Program-made: the position numbers and the translations under genes
DNA from: a virus
Length of the DNA: 64,000 bases
Strand: one strand, 5' to 3'
Virus record (IMG/VR): IMGVR_UViG_3300049491_000350
Span: 18,751-82,750 of that record
The notes under the pieces: model-generated
The model's database searches: none
Seen by the model: the letters and a program-made list of their open reading frames with translations, nothing else
What the model was told of the DNA's origin: nothing
Part shown: positions 49,267 to 58,892 of the stretch, piece by piece
Numbering within the stretch: the first letter of the stretch is position 1
How the letters are laid out: each line of letters starts with the position of its first letter

Positions 49267-51122
49267 AGCTGAAAGTTTGTGAGGCCAAGATTATCTACAA
49301 TGTTTCTTATTTGAGTTTTTAATGTAGTGTCAATGTGTGCAATAATATCTGGTGTCCATTCAGCACTCGTCTTATCAACTTTATTATGCAGCATGTACAA
49401 CTGCATCTTCAAGTAGGCAATCCTGTACAAGCCTACGCCCATCTGCACCTGATACCTGAAATCTCCATCCGCTTGCGTTTGCCTTGCTGTTTCCCATTGC
49501 AGCGATATAAGGTCATCTTCAATGGCAGCAGATGAAGCGAATGCTGACATCTCTGCATCATCAGATGAAACGAATCTATCAATCGGCGGAAATTCATTGT
49601 TCAATAACGCTTCTGTATATGCCTGTATTATTGCTGTCGCAACTCGACCCGGCGTGTAGAAGTCGTCAGGCTTTGCTTCAAAGTTTTGAATTATATAAGA
49701 GCATACATAAGATTCCCCAATGTAATATTTATCGCCAAACTTTAAGAGCAGCCTTGCCATTTCCTTCTCACGCTGGGCAAGCATTGTCTCCTTTGGCTTT
49801 TCTTCCTGAACAGGAGCGGTTGCCGCAGGGGGTTTTATCATGCTGGATTTAACAGCTATTACATACCTGCTGATTATATCCTGCGATATAGAAAACAACG
49901 TACCTATGCGTTCCATGTAGTGCTTGCGCCTGAAAAAATTATCATCCGCAATAAGCATCACCATTCTGAATAGATTTTTCAGGAACTCATCTTTTGCAGT
50001 TTGCGGAAGCGGCTGGTTGCTGTCATACATGAACTGGATAAAATCTTTTTTATTCTGTTCAAAATATTTAACAGCTTCATCTTTGCCCATTGCTTTTATA
50101 AAGCTGTCCGGGTCATGCTCCTCTGGTAACTGAATCACTTTGATACTCATGTCCTCTGCCAGAGCGATTTCAATGCCCCGGACAATCGCTTTATAACCTG
50201 CATCATCGCCATCATATAAGAAGGTAAGGTTCTTTGTGAACCGTTTAATAAGCCGCACTTGGTTATCCGTTAATGATGTGCCAGAGCTTGCTACTACATT
50301 CATTATGCCTTCCTGATACAGCGATGTTACGTCTGTATATCCTTCAACAATAAATGCCTCATCCAGTTTTACTATCTCTGCTTTCGCCTGATACAACCCA
50401 TACAGTGTGCTGCCTTTGTGGTACACTTCATTCTCTGGGCTATTGATGTACTTTGGTACATTCTTATCCGTTACCATTGTCCTGCCACCAAAGCCTATAA
50501 CCTTTCCGCTAAGGTTTTGTATGGGAAATATCACACGGCATAGGTACACATCGTTATAGCTCTGGTTGCGTTCCTTTATAAGCCCAGCAGCCAAAGCGAT
50601 GTCAATGCTGTATTTGCTTTCAATCAGTGCATTGTAAAGCCCTTTGTCATTGTCGCCAGTATAGCCGATAGAAAATGCGTCTATTGATAACTGATTGATG
50701 CCACGCTCTACAAGGTAAGCATCACCAACGCTGTCTTTAAGGTTCTTCTTAAAGAACTCATTCGCAAATTTGTTTATGATAAAAATACTGTCAGCCTTTG
50801 AGGCCTTCTCTCTGTCCTCCTCGCTTTTAAAAATCTCAACTATTTCAATATTATACTTTGCGGCAATCCATTTAAGTGCGTCTGGGTATGAATACTTCTC
50901 ATGCTCCATTACAAACGTGATAGCATTGCCAGCCTTGCCGCATCCAAAACATTTATATATCTGCTTGCTTGGCGACACAGTAAAGCTGCCACTCTTTTCA
51001 TTGTGGAAAGGGCAGCAACCAATGTAGTTTGTGCCTTTCTTTTTTAGAGACAGGAAAGAGGAGACAATATCAATTATCTCCATCTTGTCATGTACAAGTT
51101 GTATATCTTGTTTTGAAATCAT
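49263..51122 (-). CDS. dnaG: DNA primase
   Basis: CPFH..KSGSF...YKCFGCG CHC2 Zn finger; KYINSPE; VEGYTDV; LYDGDDAG TOPRIM; DPDS. Confidence 0.95.
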   Translation of the reverse strand: MISKQDIQLVHDKMEIIDIVSSFLSLKKKGTNYIGCCPFHNEKSGSFTVSPSKQIYKCFGCGKAGNAITFVMEHEKYSYPDALKWIAAKYNIEIVEIFKSEEDREKASKADSIFIINKFANEFFKKNLKDSVGDAYLVERGINQLSIDAFSIGYTGDNDKGLYNALIESKYSIDIALAAGLIKERNQSYNDVYLCRVIFPIQNLSGKVIGFGGRTMVTDKNVPKYINSPENEVYHKGSTLYGLYQAKAEIVKLDEAFIVEGYTDVTSLYQEGIMNVVASSGTSLTDNQVRLIKRFTKNLTFLYDGDDAGYKAIVRGIEIALAEDMSIKVIQLPEEHDPDSFIKAMGKDEAVKYFEQNKKDFIQFMYDSNQPLPQTAKDEFLKNLFRMVMLIADDNFFRRKHYMERIGTLFSISQDIISRYVIAVKSSMIKPPAATAPVQEEKPKETMLAQREKEMARLLLKFGDKYYIGESYVCSYIIQNFEAKPDDFYTPGRVATAIIQAYTEALLNNEFPPIDRFVSSDDAEMSAFASSAAIEDDLISLQWETARQTQADGDFRYQVQMGVGLYRIAYLKMQLYMLHNKVDKTSAEWTPDIIAHIDTTLKTQIRNIVDNLGLTNFQL

Positions 51123-51128
51123 AGGTAA

Positions 51129-51641
51129 TTAGTTTGATGAGTTAAGCTCACTGCGGATTAGTGTACCAATTGTATCACGAAGATGCAATGGCACTCTCTC
51201 AAGGCTTATAATTTCAAGTGGAACGATGCCCGGAGTTTCCCTCGTAAGCAGTGTTAAAATATGGTAGCTCACGCCATCAGTGTCTTTAACACTGCTGGAA
51301 TGCTTTAATATAAAGTTCCTGTCGCTGGAATCAGCAATAACAAGATGCGCTGGCGTTATTGTTTTAATTGCTTCCGCAGGCACTTCGCTGTCTGGCACAG
51401 GGATAGCCTTTCCAGTAATCATTACAATGTAATGATGCCCCAGCACCATACCAGTAATCTGTTCCATAAAGATTACGATTTCGCCATTGAGCAAATAATG
51501 GCAATGGGATTTGAACTTATACTCCTGCGCTGTCTTTGCTATATCAGCAACAACAGCTTCCTTGCTCTCAAAATATTCTTCGTAGGTCGTAATCTCGTAT
51601 CCGGGTTTGTCGCTGGATACAGTGTAATTCATTTTGTACAT
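51129..51641 (-). CDS. Hypothetical protein
   Basis: 170-aa ORF. Confidence 0.55.
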   Translation of the reverse strand: MYKMNYTVSSDKPGYEITTYEEYFESKEAVVADIAKTAQEYKFKSHCHYLLNGEIVIFMEQITGMVLGHHYIVMITGKAIPVPDSEVPAEAIKTITPAHLVIADSSDRNFILKHSSSVKDTDGVSYHILTLLTRETPGIVPLEIISLERVPLHLRDTIGTLIRSELNSSN

Positions 51642-51661
51642 ATTGTTTTGTTTTTTTTGTT

Positions 51662-52465
51662 TTATTGTAAAAGTTTTAAGTCGCCTTTATTGCCGATAGA
51701 TTTATTCTCAATGGTTTTTATAAGAAGCTCCGTATCCATAGCCATTGATTTTATTTTTTCATTCATCATACATATTGATTTAATCAGATTCACAAAAAAG
51801 GCTGCACGCTCCTCTGTGTATAGCATTTCTTTAAGGTCTTTACTATTGCTTCCGAATCCATCTTGCGGCAAGGCCATAGAGCAGACCTGTTCAAGCCAGT
51901 ATAGGTTTGCAGCTTTCTTCTTGTCTTTTACATAGCTGCTACCAAAAGGGGAAAATTTATCATACTCCACTTTTGTTTTACCGCTTAGGTATCTGTAAGT
52001 TTTCTTAACACAAGGGTTAACGTATATCTGTACACCATAAGCAGTCGGTTTCTGGGCATGGGTCTGAATAGTTCCCTCAATCCATTTCTCGCCACCAAAT
52101 TCATCAGTCATATTAGGAACTATATCTCCGTCTTTGGTCAAGGCGTAGGTGCATTGCGTTTGAATAAGATACCGTATGACTACAATATCCTCTATGCACT
52201 CACGGCTCATAAATTCTTTAGCGATATTTGACACCTCTCTAATAAGCCCTTCCTTTGTATTGCTTACAAGATAACCATCATTACCCATCCTGTTTTTGCT
52301 CATATCAATGCCAGCATTCTTAAACATCTGCACAATATCGCTTGACAGAGTTGTTGCAAAGAACCCTTCCTTGTCAACCGAAATGTCAAATTTTATTTTA
52401 AGTGCATCCTCCTTCCTTCCACCGGGGTCTTTAATTTCTATGATTTCCGTACTCAATCTTGCCAT
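51662..52465 (-). CDS. Hypothetical protein
   Basis: 267-aa ORF. Confidence 0.65.
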   Translation of the reverse strand: MARLSTEIIEIKDPGGRKEDALKIKFDISVDKEGFFATTLSSDIVQMFKNAGIDMSKNRMGNDGYLVSNTKEGLIREVSNIAKEFMSRECIEDIVVIRYLIQTQCTYALTKDGDIVPNMTDEFGGEKWIEGTIQTHAQKPTAYGVQIYVNPCVKKTYRYLSGKTKVEYDKFSPFGSSYVKDKKKAANLYWLEQVCSMALPQDGFGSNSKDLKEMLYTEERAAFFVNLIKSICMMNEKIKSMAMDTELLIKTIENKSIGNKGDLKLLQ

Positions 52466-52476
52466 TGTAAAATATT

Positions 52477-53514
52477 TTATAACTGTTTTGTAAGCTCTTT
52501 TAATTTATCAACGTCTTTCTTTTCTGAACTGCAAACGTTTTTATACAACTTAACATCAATCATTGATGTGATTGAATCTTCCAGTATCTTATTCAAAATC
52601 TCTGGCTTTAGCGCATCAACTTCCCAGCTTTGCCCACCATGCTTTTTTATAAAATCTTTTGCTCTGGGGTCAGACTTCTTTGCTGGGTTAGGCGGAGGAT
52701 TATAGGTATCAATCTGCGCTCTCGTCAAAGCAACAGCGACAACACGGAAATTATCTTTAACGTATTGTTCAGCCCAATCGCTTGCAGCAAGGTCTAAGCA
52801 TTCCCAAGTATCAAGCCCTTGATTGTAGTAAGGGTTAATGTATTCATTCGCTGTCTCATTGTCATCAGCATCTTCGCTATCAACAAGCTCTTTGAATTTT
52901 TCAAGTATAGGTTTTGATGAGCAAAGAAATTCAGAGATGCGGTCTTTAATATCACGTATCATATCAATGCCAGACGGGTCGTAGTCTCCGAGATATATAA
53001 TTGTAATAGATTGCCCCTCCTTGATAGCCCGGATAAACCTGTTGTAAGAATCATACATTGCAGACACGCTGCTGTATCCACGATTAACGAGTATGGGTAC
53101 ATGGTATTTGCTTGTAACTCTTTTTAGTACACCAGACAAGGCATCCTTCTCTACCCACACTTCAACATATCTTTTCTGCCCTTTCATTCTTGGCTTCTGG
53201 TATTGGTTTATAACGGATTCCATTATATCCTGTGGCGAATCCCATGATGGCGGAGTGCTTGGCCTACGCAACCTGTCCTCTATTGCATCCCAATCAACGA
53301 TACCACCCATGCGGCCTTCTTTTAGCAGGGTTGACAGCTTTGCATATTCCGCCTGCTTGTTTGGAATAATATCTCTCGACACAAGCTGGTAATACAACTG
53401 CCTTAAAGTAAGCACGTACCCACCAGCCTTATACTCCTCAATAATCTCATTGATTTTTATTAGCCTGAACTTGTTGTCTTTTGAAAGTTTTACTTCTCTG
53501 AATTTCAGCTTCAT
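52477..53514 (-). CDS. TOPRIM protein, topoisomerase VI-A/Spo11-like fold
   Basis: LTLRQLYYQLV (winged-helix Tyr), VWVEKDAL, NRGYSS, YLGDYDPSG, WEVDAL. Confidence 0.8.
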   Translation of the reverse strand: MKLKFREVKLSKDNKFRLIKINEIIEEYKAGGYVLTLRQLYYQLVSRDIIPNKQAEYAKLSTLLKEGRMGGIVDWDAIEDRLRRPSTPPSWDSPQDIMESVINQYQKPRMKGQKRYVEVWVEKDALSGVLKRVTSKYHVPILVNRGYSSVSAMYDSYNRFIRAIKEGQSITIIYLGDYDPSGIDMIRDIKDRISEFLCSSKPILEKFKELVDSEDADDNETANEYINPYYNQGLDTWECLDLAASDWAEQYVKDNFRVVAVALTRAQIDTYNPPPNPAKKSDPRAKDFIKKHGGQSWEVDALKPEILNKILEDSITSMIDVKLYKNVCSSEKKDVDKLKELTKQL

Positions 53515-53524
53515 GTTAATGGTT

Positions 53525-53743
53525 TTAGTTTTTTATTTCTTCAAAAGGAATTGCTTCAAACGCATTTGTATTTATCTCCCTGCCAGTGGCAATGAATTTC
53601 TTTTTGGTACTTTCGCTTACTATAAGCGTAGCAGTTACTTTTTGGTTTTGTGCCTGCTTCTCATCTTTCATCAAATCCTTTAAAAGCTCGTCAAATTTTT
53701 GTCGGAACTCAAAACTCCAATAGGTATCGAAAGGTTCAGGCAT
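53525..53743 (-). CDS. Hypothetical protein
   Basis: 72-aa ORF. Confidence 0.45.
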   Translation of the reverse strand: MPEPFDTYWSFEFRQKFDELLKDLMKDEKQAQNQKVTATLIVSESTKKKFIATGREINTNAFEAIPFEEIKN

Positions 53744-53841
53744 GTTGTTAGTTTTTCTTTTTAAAAATTATGCAGGCTACAAGATAGATAGGTGCAGTAA
53801 CGCATACAGCCATAACTATAAGGTATAAGCCAGTGAATATA

Positions 53842-54621
53842 TTAATGAGTTGTTTCATTCAGGTTATTCTTTACCGTTTCTGATTTTGCATTCCTTGTGT
53901 ACCCATGCTTCTGGTAAGTGTCAATGTACACCAGCCTTGTTTCTGAAAATGCTACGCCACACCTGCGTAATGCAAAGTGCGCTGACACATCGAAGTCTCC
54001 CTCTACCTTAACGGTTGTGTTCCACCTGCTATTGACAACTGTAATAGGGATGGTCATTTGATTAACGAGCTTGCCTTGCTTGCGTGTACCTTTCTTTTCT
54101 CCCGGCTTTAGTACAACCTCGTCGTTCTGTGTGAGCCAGAAAAAGCACAGCAGCCTGTACAGCGTGTCCTCGATAGCACCTACCCTATTGTCGTCAAAAT
54201 TTTCAGACAGTGTTCCATCTTTGTTTGCATAAAAGAAATGAAACTTTACCTCTGCCATATCTTGCAGCATCACATACGACATATAGATACAATTGGAGGC
54301 GACACTCACCCTGAATAGCATGTTTGTTCTGGGGAATATCAACGTTACCTTCTGCTCCTTGATATGATTAAATACAGTCCAGTCGTGATGCCCATTGTCT
54401 TTGCGTTTGAGTTTAATCTTAACCAGTAGCTCCCAGATACTACCTGTTATAAGGTATGCTCTTTGGTTTAAAGGAGAGATGAGTTCTGATGCTGACTTTA
54501 CTTTTGATTCAAGTGGATGACCATTAGAGCCATCGTATGCAGGGAACATTTCTCTTATAATCTCAATGAGAAACATTGGGTCAGTCAGGAATCTTTCAGC
54601 AAGTGGATTGTTTATTTTCAT
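53842..54621 (-). CDS. Hypothetical protein
   Basis: 259 aa; C-terminal VSAHFALRRCG...LVYIDTYQKHG resembles a common phage 'VRGHWR' motif. Confidence 0.6.
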   Translation of the reverse strand: MKINNPLAERFLTDPMFLIEIIREMFPAYDGSNGHPLESKVKSASELISPLNQRAYLITGSIWELLVKIKLKRKDNGHHDWTVFNHIKEQKVTLIFPRTNMLFRVSVASNCIYMSYVMLQDMAEVKFHFFYANKDGTLSENFDDNRVGAIEDTLYRLLCFFWLTQNDEVVLKPGEKKGTRKQGKLVNQMTIPITVVNSRWNTTVKVEGDFDVSAHFALRRCGVAFSETRLVYIDTYQKHGYTRNAKSETVKNNLNETTH

Positions 54622-54962
54622 TGCTTTGATTTTCTTGTGATAACAATGCAGTAGCCGTAGCCAATGTTTTTATTCATCTGTTTATCATGTACATCATATA
54701 TTTTGACTGGCAACTTTTCACCGGGTACATTGTACCTTTTAGCGTCAACCAGTTCCTTGTTTTCGTGTTCATAAAACATAAACGATTTAGATTTTATCTC
54801 TACGCCGTTTAAAAAATGCTGTACAGACATATCAAAAACAGAAGGGTCTGGCACTGGCTCAAACAAACACTTGTTAAACCAGATTACACTCTGTAATTCT
54901 GTCGCATCAATGATGCGGCCATAGTAACCATATTCACCTGATTCAATAAGCCTGTACAGCAT
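54618..54962 (-). CDS. Hypothetical protein
   Basis: 114-aa ORF, ATGA-coupled. Confidence 0.55.
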   Translation of the reverse strand: MLYRLIESGEYGYYGRIIDATELQSVIWFNKCLFEPVPDPSVFDMSVQHFLNGVEIKSKSFMFYEHENKELVDAKRYNVPGEKLPVKIYDVHDKQMNKNIGYGYCIVITRKSKQ

Positions 54963-54977
54963 TGTAAAATATTTTAA

Positions 54978-55391
54978 TTATTGTAAACCTTTGAGGGAGG
55001 CAAAGTATTTTTCCAGTTCTTCATCTTGCTTCTGTGAGATACCTGCTTGCTTGTTCTGTATGTATTCGTACCTTCTTTTAGATTCCTTATTCGCCTCCTC
55101 TTGTAGCTTCATCTCATGCTGGTAGCACAGGACGTTAAATTCATTACGGGTAAGGTTATGCTGGCGCATGTATGCCTGAATTTCCAATTCCCTTTGGTTT
55201 ACATACCCGGTAACACCAATAGGTAACGGGCAATGGCCTCCAATTGGAAGCCACATCAAATTTTCACCTCCGCCATCAGTAAGAAACATATCGCTCCGGC
55301 ACAGTGGGCAGAACTCGTAGTTCTCATCGCCATCGTCCTGTGAGTGAAGCCTTGACCAGTTAACCTTACATTGTTTACAGAAGAAACCCAT
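54978..55391 (-). CDS. Zn-ribbon hypothetical protein
   Basis: FCKQC...CPLC. Confidence 0.55.
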   Translation of the reverse strand: MGFFCKQCKVNWSRLHSQDDGDENYEFCPLCRSDMFLTDGGGENLMWLPIGGHCPLPIGVTGYVNQRELEIQAYMRQHNLTRNEFNVLCYQHEMKLQEEANKESKRRYEYIQNKQAGISQKQDEELEKYFASLKGLQ

Positions 55392-55397
55392 TGCTTG

Positions 55398-55517
55398 TTA
55401 ATTTATTTTGCCGCAGTAAGGGCATTGCTTTATTGCAGGCTTGCCCTTACTTGCGACAGTGATAGTGAATAGTTTCCTGCACCCTAAACACTTTATCCAT
55501 TTAGCTACCGCAATCAT
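55398..55517 (-). CDS. 39-aa Zn-ribbon peptide (not in the ORF track)
   Basis: MIAVAKWIKCLGC...KQCPYCGKIN; ATGA overlap with the ParB-like stop. Confidence 0.5.
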   Translation of the reverse strand: MIAVAKWIKCLGCRKLFTITVASKGKPAIKQCPYCGKIN

Positions 55518-56377
55518 GCGTTTTTAAGTAGCTTCTTAATTTCCCTTAACTTCTTGTCAATATTAAAGATGATGTCCATGCCATCAGCATCAGTCTTTTT
55601 ATCAAGCGGTTTTAATTCAGCCAGCACTTCGTCAATCATTGCAATAGGGTCTTTGTCTCCTGCCGCTTTTTTAGCAGTGGCTTTCTTTTTCGCCGCTTTC
55701 TTAACAACAGTTTTTTCTTTTACAACTTTGCCTGCCGCCTTCGCTTCTTTAATTACCTTCTTTCTTTTTTCTGCGGATGGCTCTGCCTTAGCAAGTTTAA
55801 CTGCGGCTGTTGGCTTGATAGTGCCATCGTGTATTGCTTCTTTTTCTTCAATAGAAAGCCCAGCCATAACGATATAGTTATCAACGTGCATACGGCTTAT
55901 GCCTAACTGCTCTGCAATCTGCACTGGCTTGTAACCGATATTAACCAGCCTTTTGCATAGCTCTGCTTTTTCCAGAGGTTCAAGCGGCTTGCTGTCATTG
56001 GAAGTCCACATCTGAATGAGCCTTTGCTCATCAGTAATTTTAACCGGGTTCAGTTCGCATAGAATATGGTTAAATTCATGCCCCCATTTCCTGATGAGTT
56101 CAACAGCAGCAATACGGCGATGCCCGTCAGTAGGTACGAAAGTTCCATCAGCCAGCAAATCACCTTTAATAGGCCTTTCCTGCCCGTTAGCTAACATTGA
56201 TTTGGCAAGCCCTTCAAGGTCTCCCATTTCTGTACGGACGTTCCAGCCAGTACGGATTTTAATTTTCTCAAATTCTACTTTGAATGTTTCCTTACCTCTG
56301 GTAAGGTGTTCCCTTGCACCTGCGCCAGATGTAACATCTGCGGAAGTGAGTTCTTTAATTGCGATTTTTTTGACCAT
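55514..56377 (-). CDS. ParB/Srx-domain DNA-binding protein
   Basis: WNVR...LAKSMLANGQERPI...TDGHRRIAA; HTH (KPVQIAEQLGISRMHV); Lys/Ala-rich tail. Confidence 0.85.
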   Translation of the reverse strand: MVKKIAIKELTSADVTSGAGAREHLTRGKETFKVEFEKIKIRTGWNVRTEMGDLEGLAKSMLANGQERPIKGDLLADGTFVPTDGHRRIAAVELIRKWGHEFNHILCELNPVKITDEQRLIQMWTSNDSKPLEPLEKAELCKRLVNIGYKPVQIAEQLGISRMHVDNYIVMAGLSIEEKEAIHDGTIKPTAAVKLAKAEPSAEKRKKVIKEAKAAGKVVKEKTVVKKAAKKKATAKKAAGDKDPIAMIDEVLAELKPLDKKTDADGMDIIFNIDKKLREIKKLLKNA

Positions 56378-56402
56378 CGTTTTTAAATTTTAATTGTTAT
56401 TA

Positions 56403-56510
56403 TTAAATGTTGAAAAATACTCCGAGTGCAGCACGGACAATAAAGTAAAGTCCGATTAAAATAGTGGCATTGAATTGCCAGCAGGTTTTCTTTTTACTGT
56501 GTACAGGCAT
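56403..56510 (-). CDS. 35-aa membrane peptide (not in the ORF track)
   Basis: MPVHSKKKTCWQFNATILIGLYFIVRAALGVFFNI. Confidence 0.35.
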   Translation of the reverse strand: MPVHSKKKTCWQFNATILIGLYFIVRAALGVFFNI

Positions 56511-56542
56511 ATATTTTGTTTTTTGTTTTAGCGAAAGTAAAG

Positions 56543-56592
56543 TAAAATATTTTACAAAAAAAATATTTTTGATTTAAAATCAAAATATTTTA
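56543..56592. promoter_or_regulatory. Cluster of three AAAATATTTT palindromes
   Basis: Copies at 56543, ~56560 and 56581, upstream of the ParB-like operon and next to a TACTTTCG -7-like element on the minus strand. Confidence 0.5.
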
Positions 56593-57090
56593 TACGTCAT
56601 TCAGTACGGCGGCAGCACCAAATACCTTTTTAGCCTCTGTATTGTAAGCCTGTGCAGCATCCGCCTCGTTGTCGTAATAGCCAATATGCTTATTGCTTTT
56701 GCTGCGACCCGGCTTAATCATAGCCTTCCATTTGCCAGCATGGTCAACCCATGACACGCCAAGATATTCAGAGGTACAGTTCCGTATCTCCGATTTGCTT
56801 TTGGCACGTTTAGCTTCGCCAGCAGTAACTACCTGCATATTAGCCCTCGTAACATTCAGTGGATTCCTGTCTCCATAAGTGATAGCCTGCTTTTTACGTG
56901 GGGTCATTATCATACGGGCAATGTATTCCCTGACACGCTTGCCCTCATTATTAACATACCTTATAGAAGGATACAATTGACCAGATGAACTTTTAACAAG
57001 TTCAATCTGGTTCTTAGTTATTGACTGTATGGCGGCAAGGTCGGACTTATCAATCCGCAACTCATGCCCATTGATTATTTTCTTTATCAT
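56590..57090 (-). CDS. HNH(degenerate)-AP2 domain protein
   Basis: SEYLGVSW...KWKAMI...HIGYY..EADAAQAYN.EA..VFG..A.LN (AP2). HNH region reads ITYGDRNPLNVTRANM, lacking the catalytic His. Confidence 0.75.
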   Translation of the reverse strand: MIKKIINGHELRIDKSDLAAIQSITKNQIELVKSSSGQLYPSIRYVNNEGKRVREYIARMIMTPRKKQAITYGDRNPLNVTRANMQVVTAGEAKRAKSKSEIRNCTSEYLGVSWVDHAGKWKAMIKPGRSKSNKHIGYYDNEADAAQAYNTEAKKVFGAAAVLNDV

Positions 57091-57098
57091 AAAATATT

Positions 57099-57479
57099 TT
57101 ACGGTTTAACTGGTTGAGCTTTGGTGAATATGACGCTACGGTTCTTGCGTAGCTCATGCAATTCGTTTACTGTCTCGTACTCTGGAAACCACCAGATGCA
57201 AGTGTCGTCAGGTATTACAGGTGCTTGACCACAACATTGAGGTTGAACCTTACACGGCTCTGCAATGATAGGCGCATTAGTTAGTGCGCCTATGTATTCA
57301 GGTTTCAGCAGGGTATAGCCGCCATTCCAATCTTCATATTTCATTAGCTCTGCCCATATCTCATCGTAATGCTTATTGTCATTCAGCATCTCCTTTAGAA
57401 ACGACTTGCCTTCCGGCAGCAGTATTATTTTAAGGTCGCCTGTATTTAGCACCTCAAATGATAAACATTTTTCTGTCAT
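57099..57479 (-). CDS. Hypothetical protein
   Basis: 126 aa; IGALTNAPII...WWFPEYE. Confidence 0.6.
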   Translation of the reverse strand: MTEKCLSFEVLNTGDLKIILLPEGKSFLKEMLNDNKHYDEIWAELMKYEDWNGGYTLLKPEYIGALTNAPIIAEPCKVQPQCCGQAPVIPDDTCIWWFPEYETVNELHELRKNRSVIFTKAQPVKP

Positions 57480-57483
57480 AGCT

Positions 57484-58344
57484 TTATTTTTGATTTGGTT
57501 TTAATTCAGTAAGAGACCATCCATCTTTGAAAGTAGCATCGCTTTCAATTTCCATGTCAATAAGAATATCAAGCAACTCCGGGTCATTGTCTGCGCCGTT
57601 CTGCAAGTCATTGAGAGAGCCAAGCACACAGAATTTGCATGACACCCTATCGTTGCCATAAGCGTAAGCAGGGTGAAAATCCCACCAGTTAGGAACTATG
57701 CCATTTTGCTTATACAGCCGCCTTGCCAAAGCCAGAGTTTCAATAGTTTGATTTTTGGTAGCCAGCACGTTTTCCAGAGTGAAATTAAATATGGGATACC
57801 AGTTCAAAAACAGTTTGTACTTAGGCTTATAATTAAGCAAGGCTTCCTCAACAGTCATGCCTTTATAGTAACTGGACGAGTTGCTTCTTATTGATAGAGC
57901 CTGCTTCTTAGCACGTTGTTTACTTTCATCAGACCGTATCCCTTCGCAACTGATAATAAGCGATTCGTTGGTACTGGTGAAGAAAACATTTATCGGCGCA
58001 CGTTTCAAATCGCTGGTGCAGTACCGGGCATTTGATGAACTCCAAAACGGCTTGCCAGTTCCTTGCAGCATTCTCATCCTGCGCTGCCAGTATTCAAGCA
58101 AACCAAGCCCATCCTTCCTTTTAATAACGTGCAAGGGTATATCATACTCATCAGAGCATTTTTGGCACTGTGGCAAACTTTCAGCCCATTCAACCCTGCC
58201 GAGGTCGGCATGTACAAGCCCAGCTATTGAAAACTTATTAGCCACAAGAGCCTGCACCATAGCATCGCCATCCTTGCCACCAGACACGGAGGCGTATAGC
58301 TTTGCGCCTTTCGATTGAGCCAGCCTTATTAACTCTGTTGACAT
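57484..58344 (-). CDS. PAPS reductase-family (PP-loop) protein
   Basis: SVSGGKDG PP-loop, RYCTSDLK..PI, GIRSDES..RAK, HPAY..G..RVSCKFC. Confidence 0.85.
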   Translation of the reverse strand: MSTELIRLAQSKGAKLYASVSGGKDGDAMVQALVANKFSIAGLVHADLGRVEWAESLPQCQKCSDEYDIPLHVIKRKDGLGLLEYWQRRMRMLQGTGKPFWSSSNARYCTSDLKRAPINVFFTSTNESLIISCEGIRSDESKQRAKKQALSIRSNSSSYYKGMTVEEALLNYKPKYKLFLNWYPIFNFTLENVLATKNQTIETLALARRLYKQNGIVPNWWDFHPAYAYGNDRVSCKFCVLGSLNDLQNGADNDPELLDILIDMEIESDATFKDGWSLTELKPNQK

Positions 58345-58484
58345 TGTGTATCCTTTTTAATTTCGCCAGCATTCGATGAATTGCTTTTTGCATTCACAGA
58401 ATAGCTGACTGTGATAACTGCCTTTTGATAACGCTTTACCATGTTTTTAAAGTAGGTAAGTTCCTTTCTTTCTTCTCTTGTCAT
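58329..58484 (-). CDS. Small hypothetical protein (true start MTREERK at 58484)
   Basis: The ORF-track N-terminal extension is translated ribozyme/leader; this ATG lies 44 nt after the cleavage site. Confidence 0.55.
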   Translation of the reverse strand: MTREERKELTYFKNMVKRYQKAVITVSYSVNAKSNSSNAGEIKKDTQCQQS

Positions 58485-58522
58485 CGTTTGTATGTGCCTG
58501 TTATAGTCTGCACCTGACTTTT

Positions 58523-58574
58523 GATTAAGACTGGCTTGCGCCAGTTTCGCCGCATGACGGCTCATCAGTTAATC
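58523..58574 (-). ncRNA. Type I hammerhead ribozyme HH-A
   Basis: GAUUAA CUGAUGA GCCG ucaug CGGC GAAA CUGGC gcaa GCCAG UC^ UUAAUC; cleavage between 58529 and 58528. Confidence 0.93.
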
Positions 58575-58799
58575 TTAATTAAATTCCAGTTTGTTATTCT
58601 CTGGGTTAAAATACCTTTTAGTTTCGCCACGCAATACGCCGCCTCTGTCTTTCATTGATGCAGTTATTAAATACCTTCCATCAGGCTGCTTCTTAACAGA
58701 GAAGCTACTCATGGTTTGCCCAAAAAATTTCAATGTCTCTTTAGTAAAAAAGAACGGTGCTGTTTCTTTTGTCGCTTCTTTGATTTGATAAATTGTCAT
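58575..58799 (-). CDS. Hypothetical early protein
   Basis: 74 aa (APFFFTKETLKFFGQTM); flanked by two hammerheads. Confidence 0.7.
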   Translation of the reverse strand: MTIYQIKEATKETAPFFFTKETLKFFGQTMSSFSVKKQPDGRYLITASMKDRGGVLRGETKRYFNPENNKLEFN

Positions 58800-58837
58800 C
58801 GTTTATGAGTGCCTGTTATAGACTGCACCTGTCTTTT

Positions 58838-58892
58838 GGTTAAGACTGGCATTGCTGCCAGTTTCGGCTATTGAAGCCATCGTCAGTTAACC
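58838..58892 (-). ncRNA. Type I hammerhead ribozyme HH-B (CUGACGA core with extra U)
   Basis: GGUUAA CUGACGA u GGCU ucaau AGCC GAAA CUGGCA gcaa UGCCAG UC^ UUAACC. Confidence 0.88.

Noticed and set aside
55411-55455. Hairpin gtaagggca/tgcccttac as an ncRNA or terminator
   Set aside because: Lies within a plausible 39-aa Zn-ribbon ORF, is single-copy and has no clear U-tract; insufficient support.
58494-58520. Pseudoknot between the leader loop (GUGC) and downstream GCAC
   Set aside because: Fits the aggugca-loop copies but does not covary cleanly in the aggcgca and agccgca copies.
58485-58565. Identical N-terminal peptide MSRHAAKLAQASLNQKSGADYNRHIQ on the ORFs starting at 58565 and 60238 (and the extension on the ORF starting at 60886)
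   Set aside because: Artefact of the ATG within CTGATGA; other copies are out of frame, and the true starts lie 44-45 nt after the cleavage sites.
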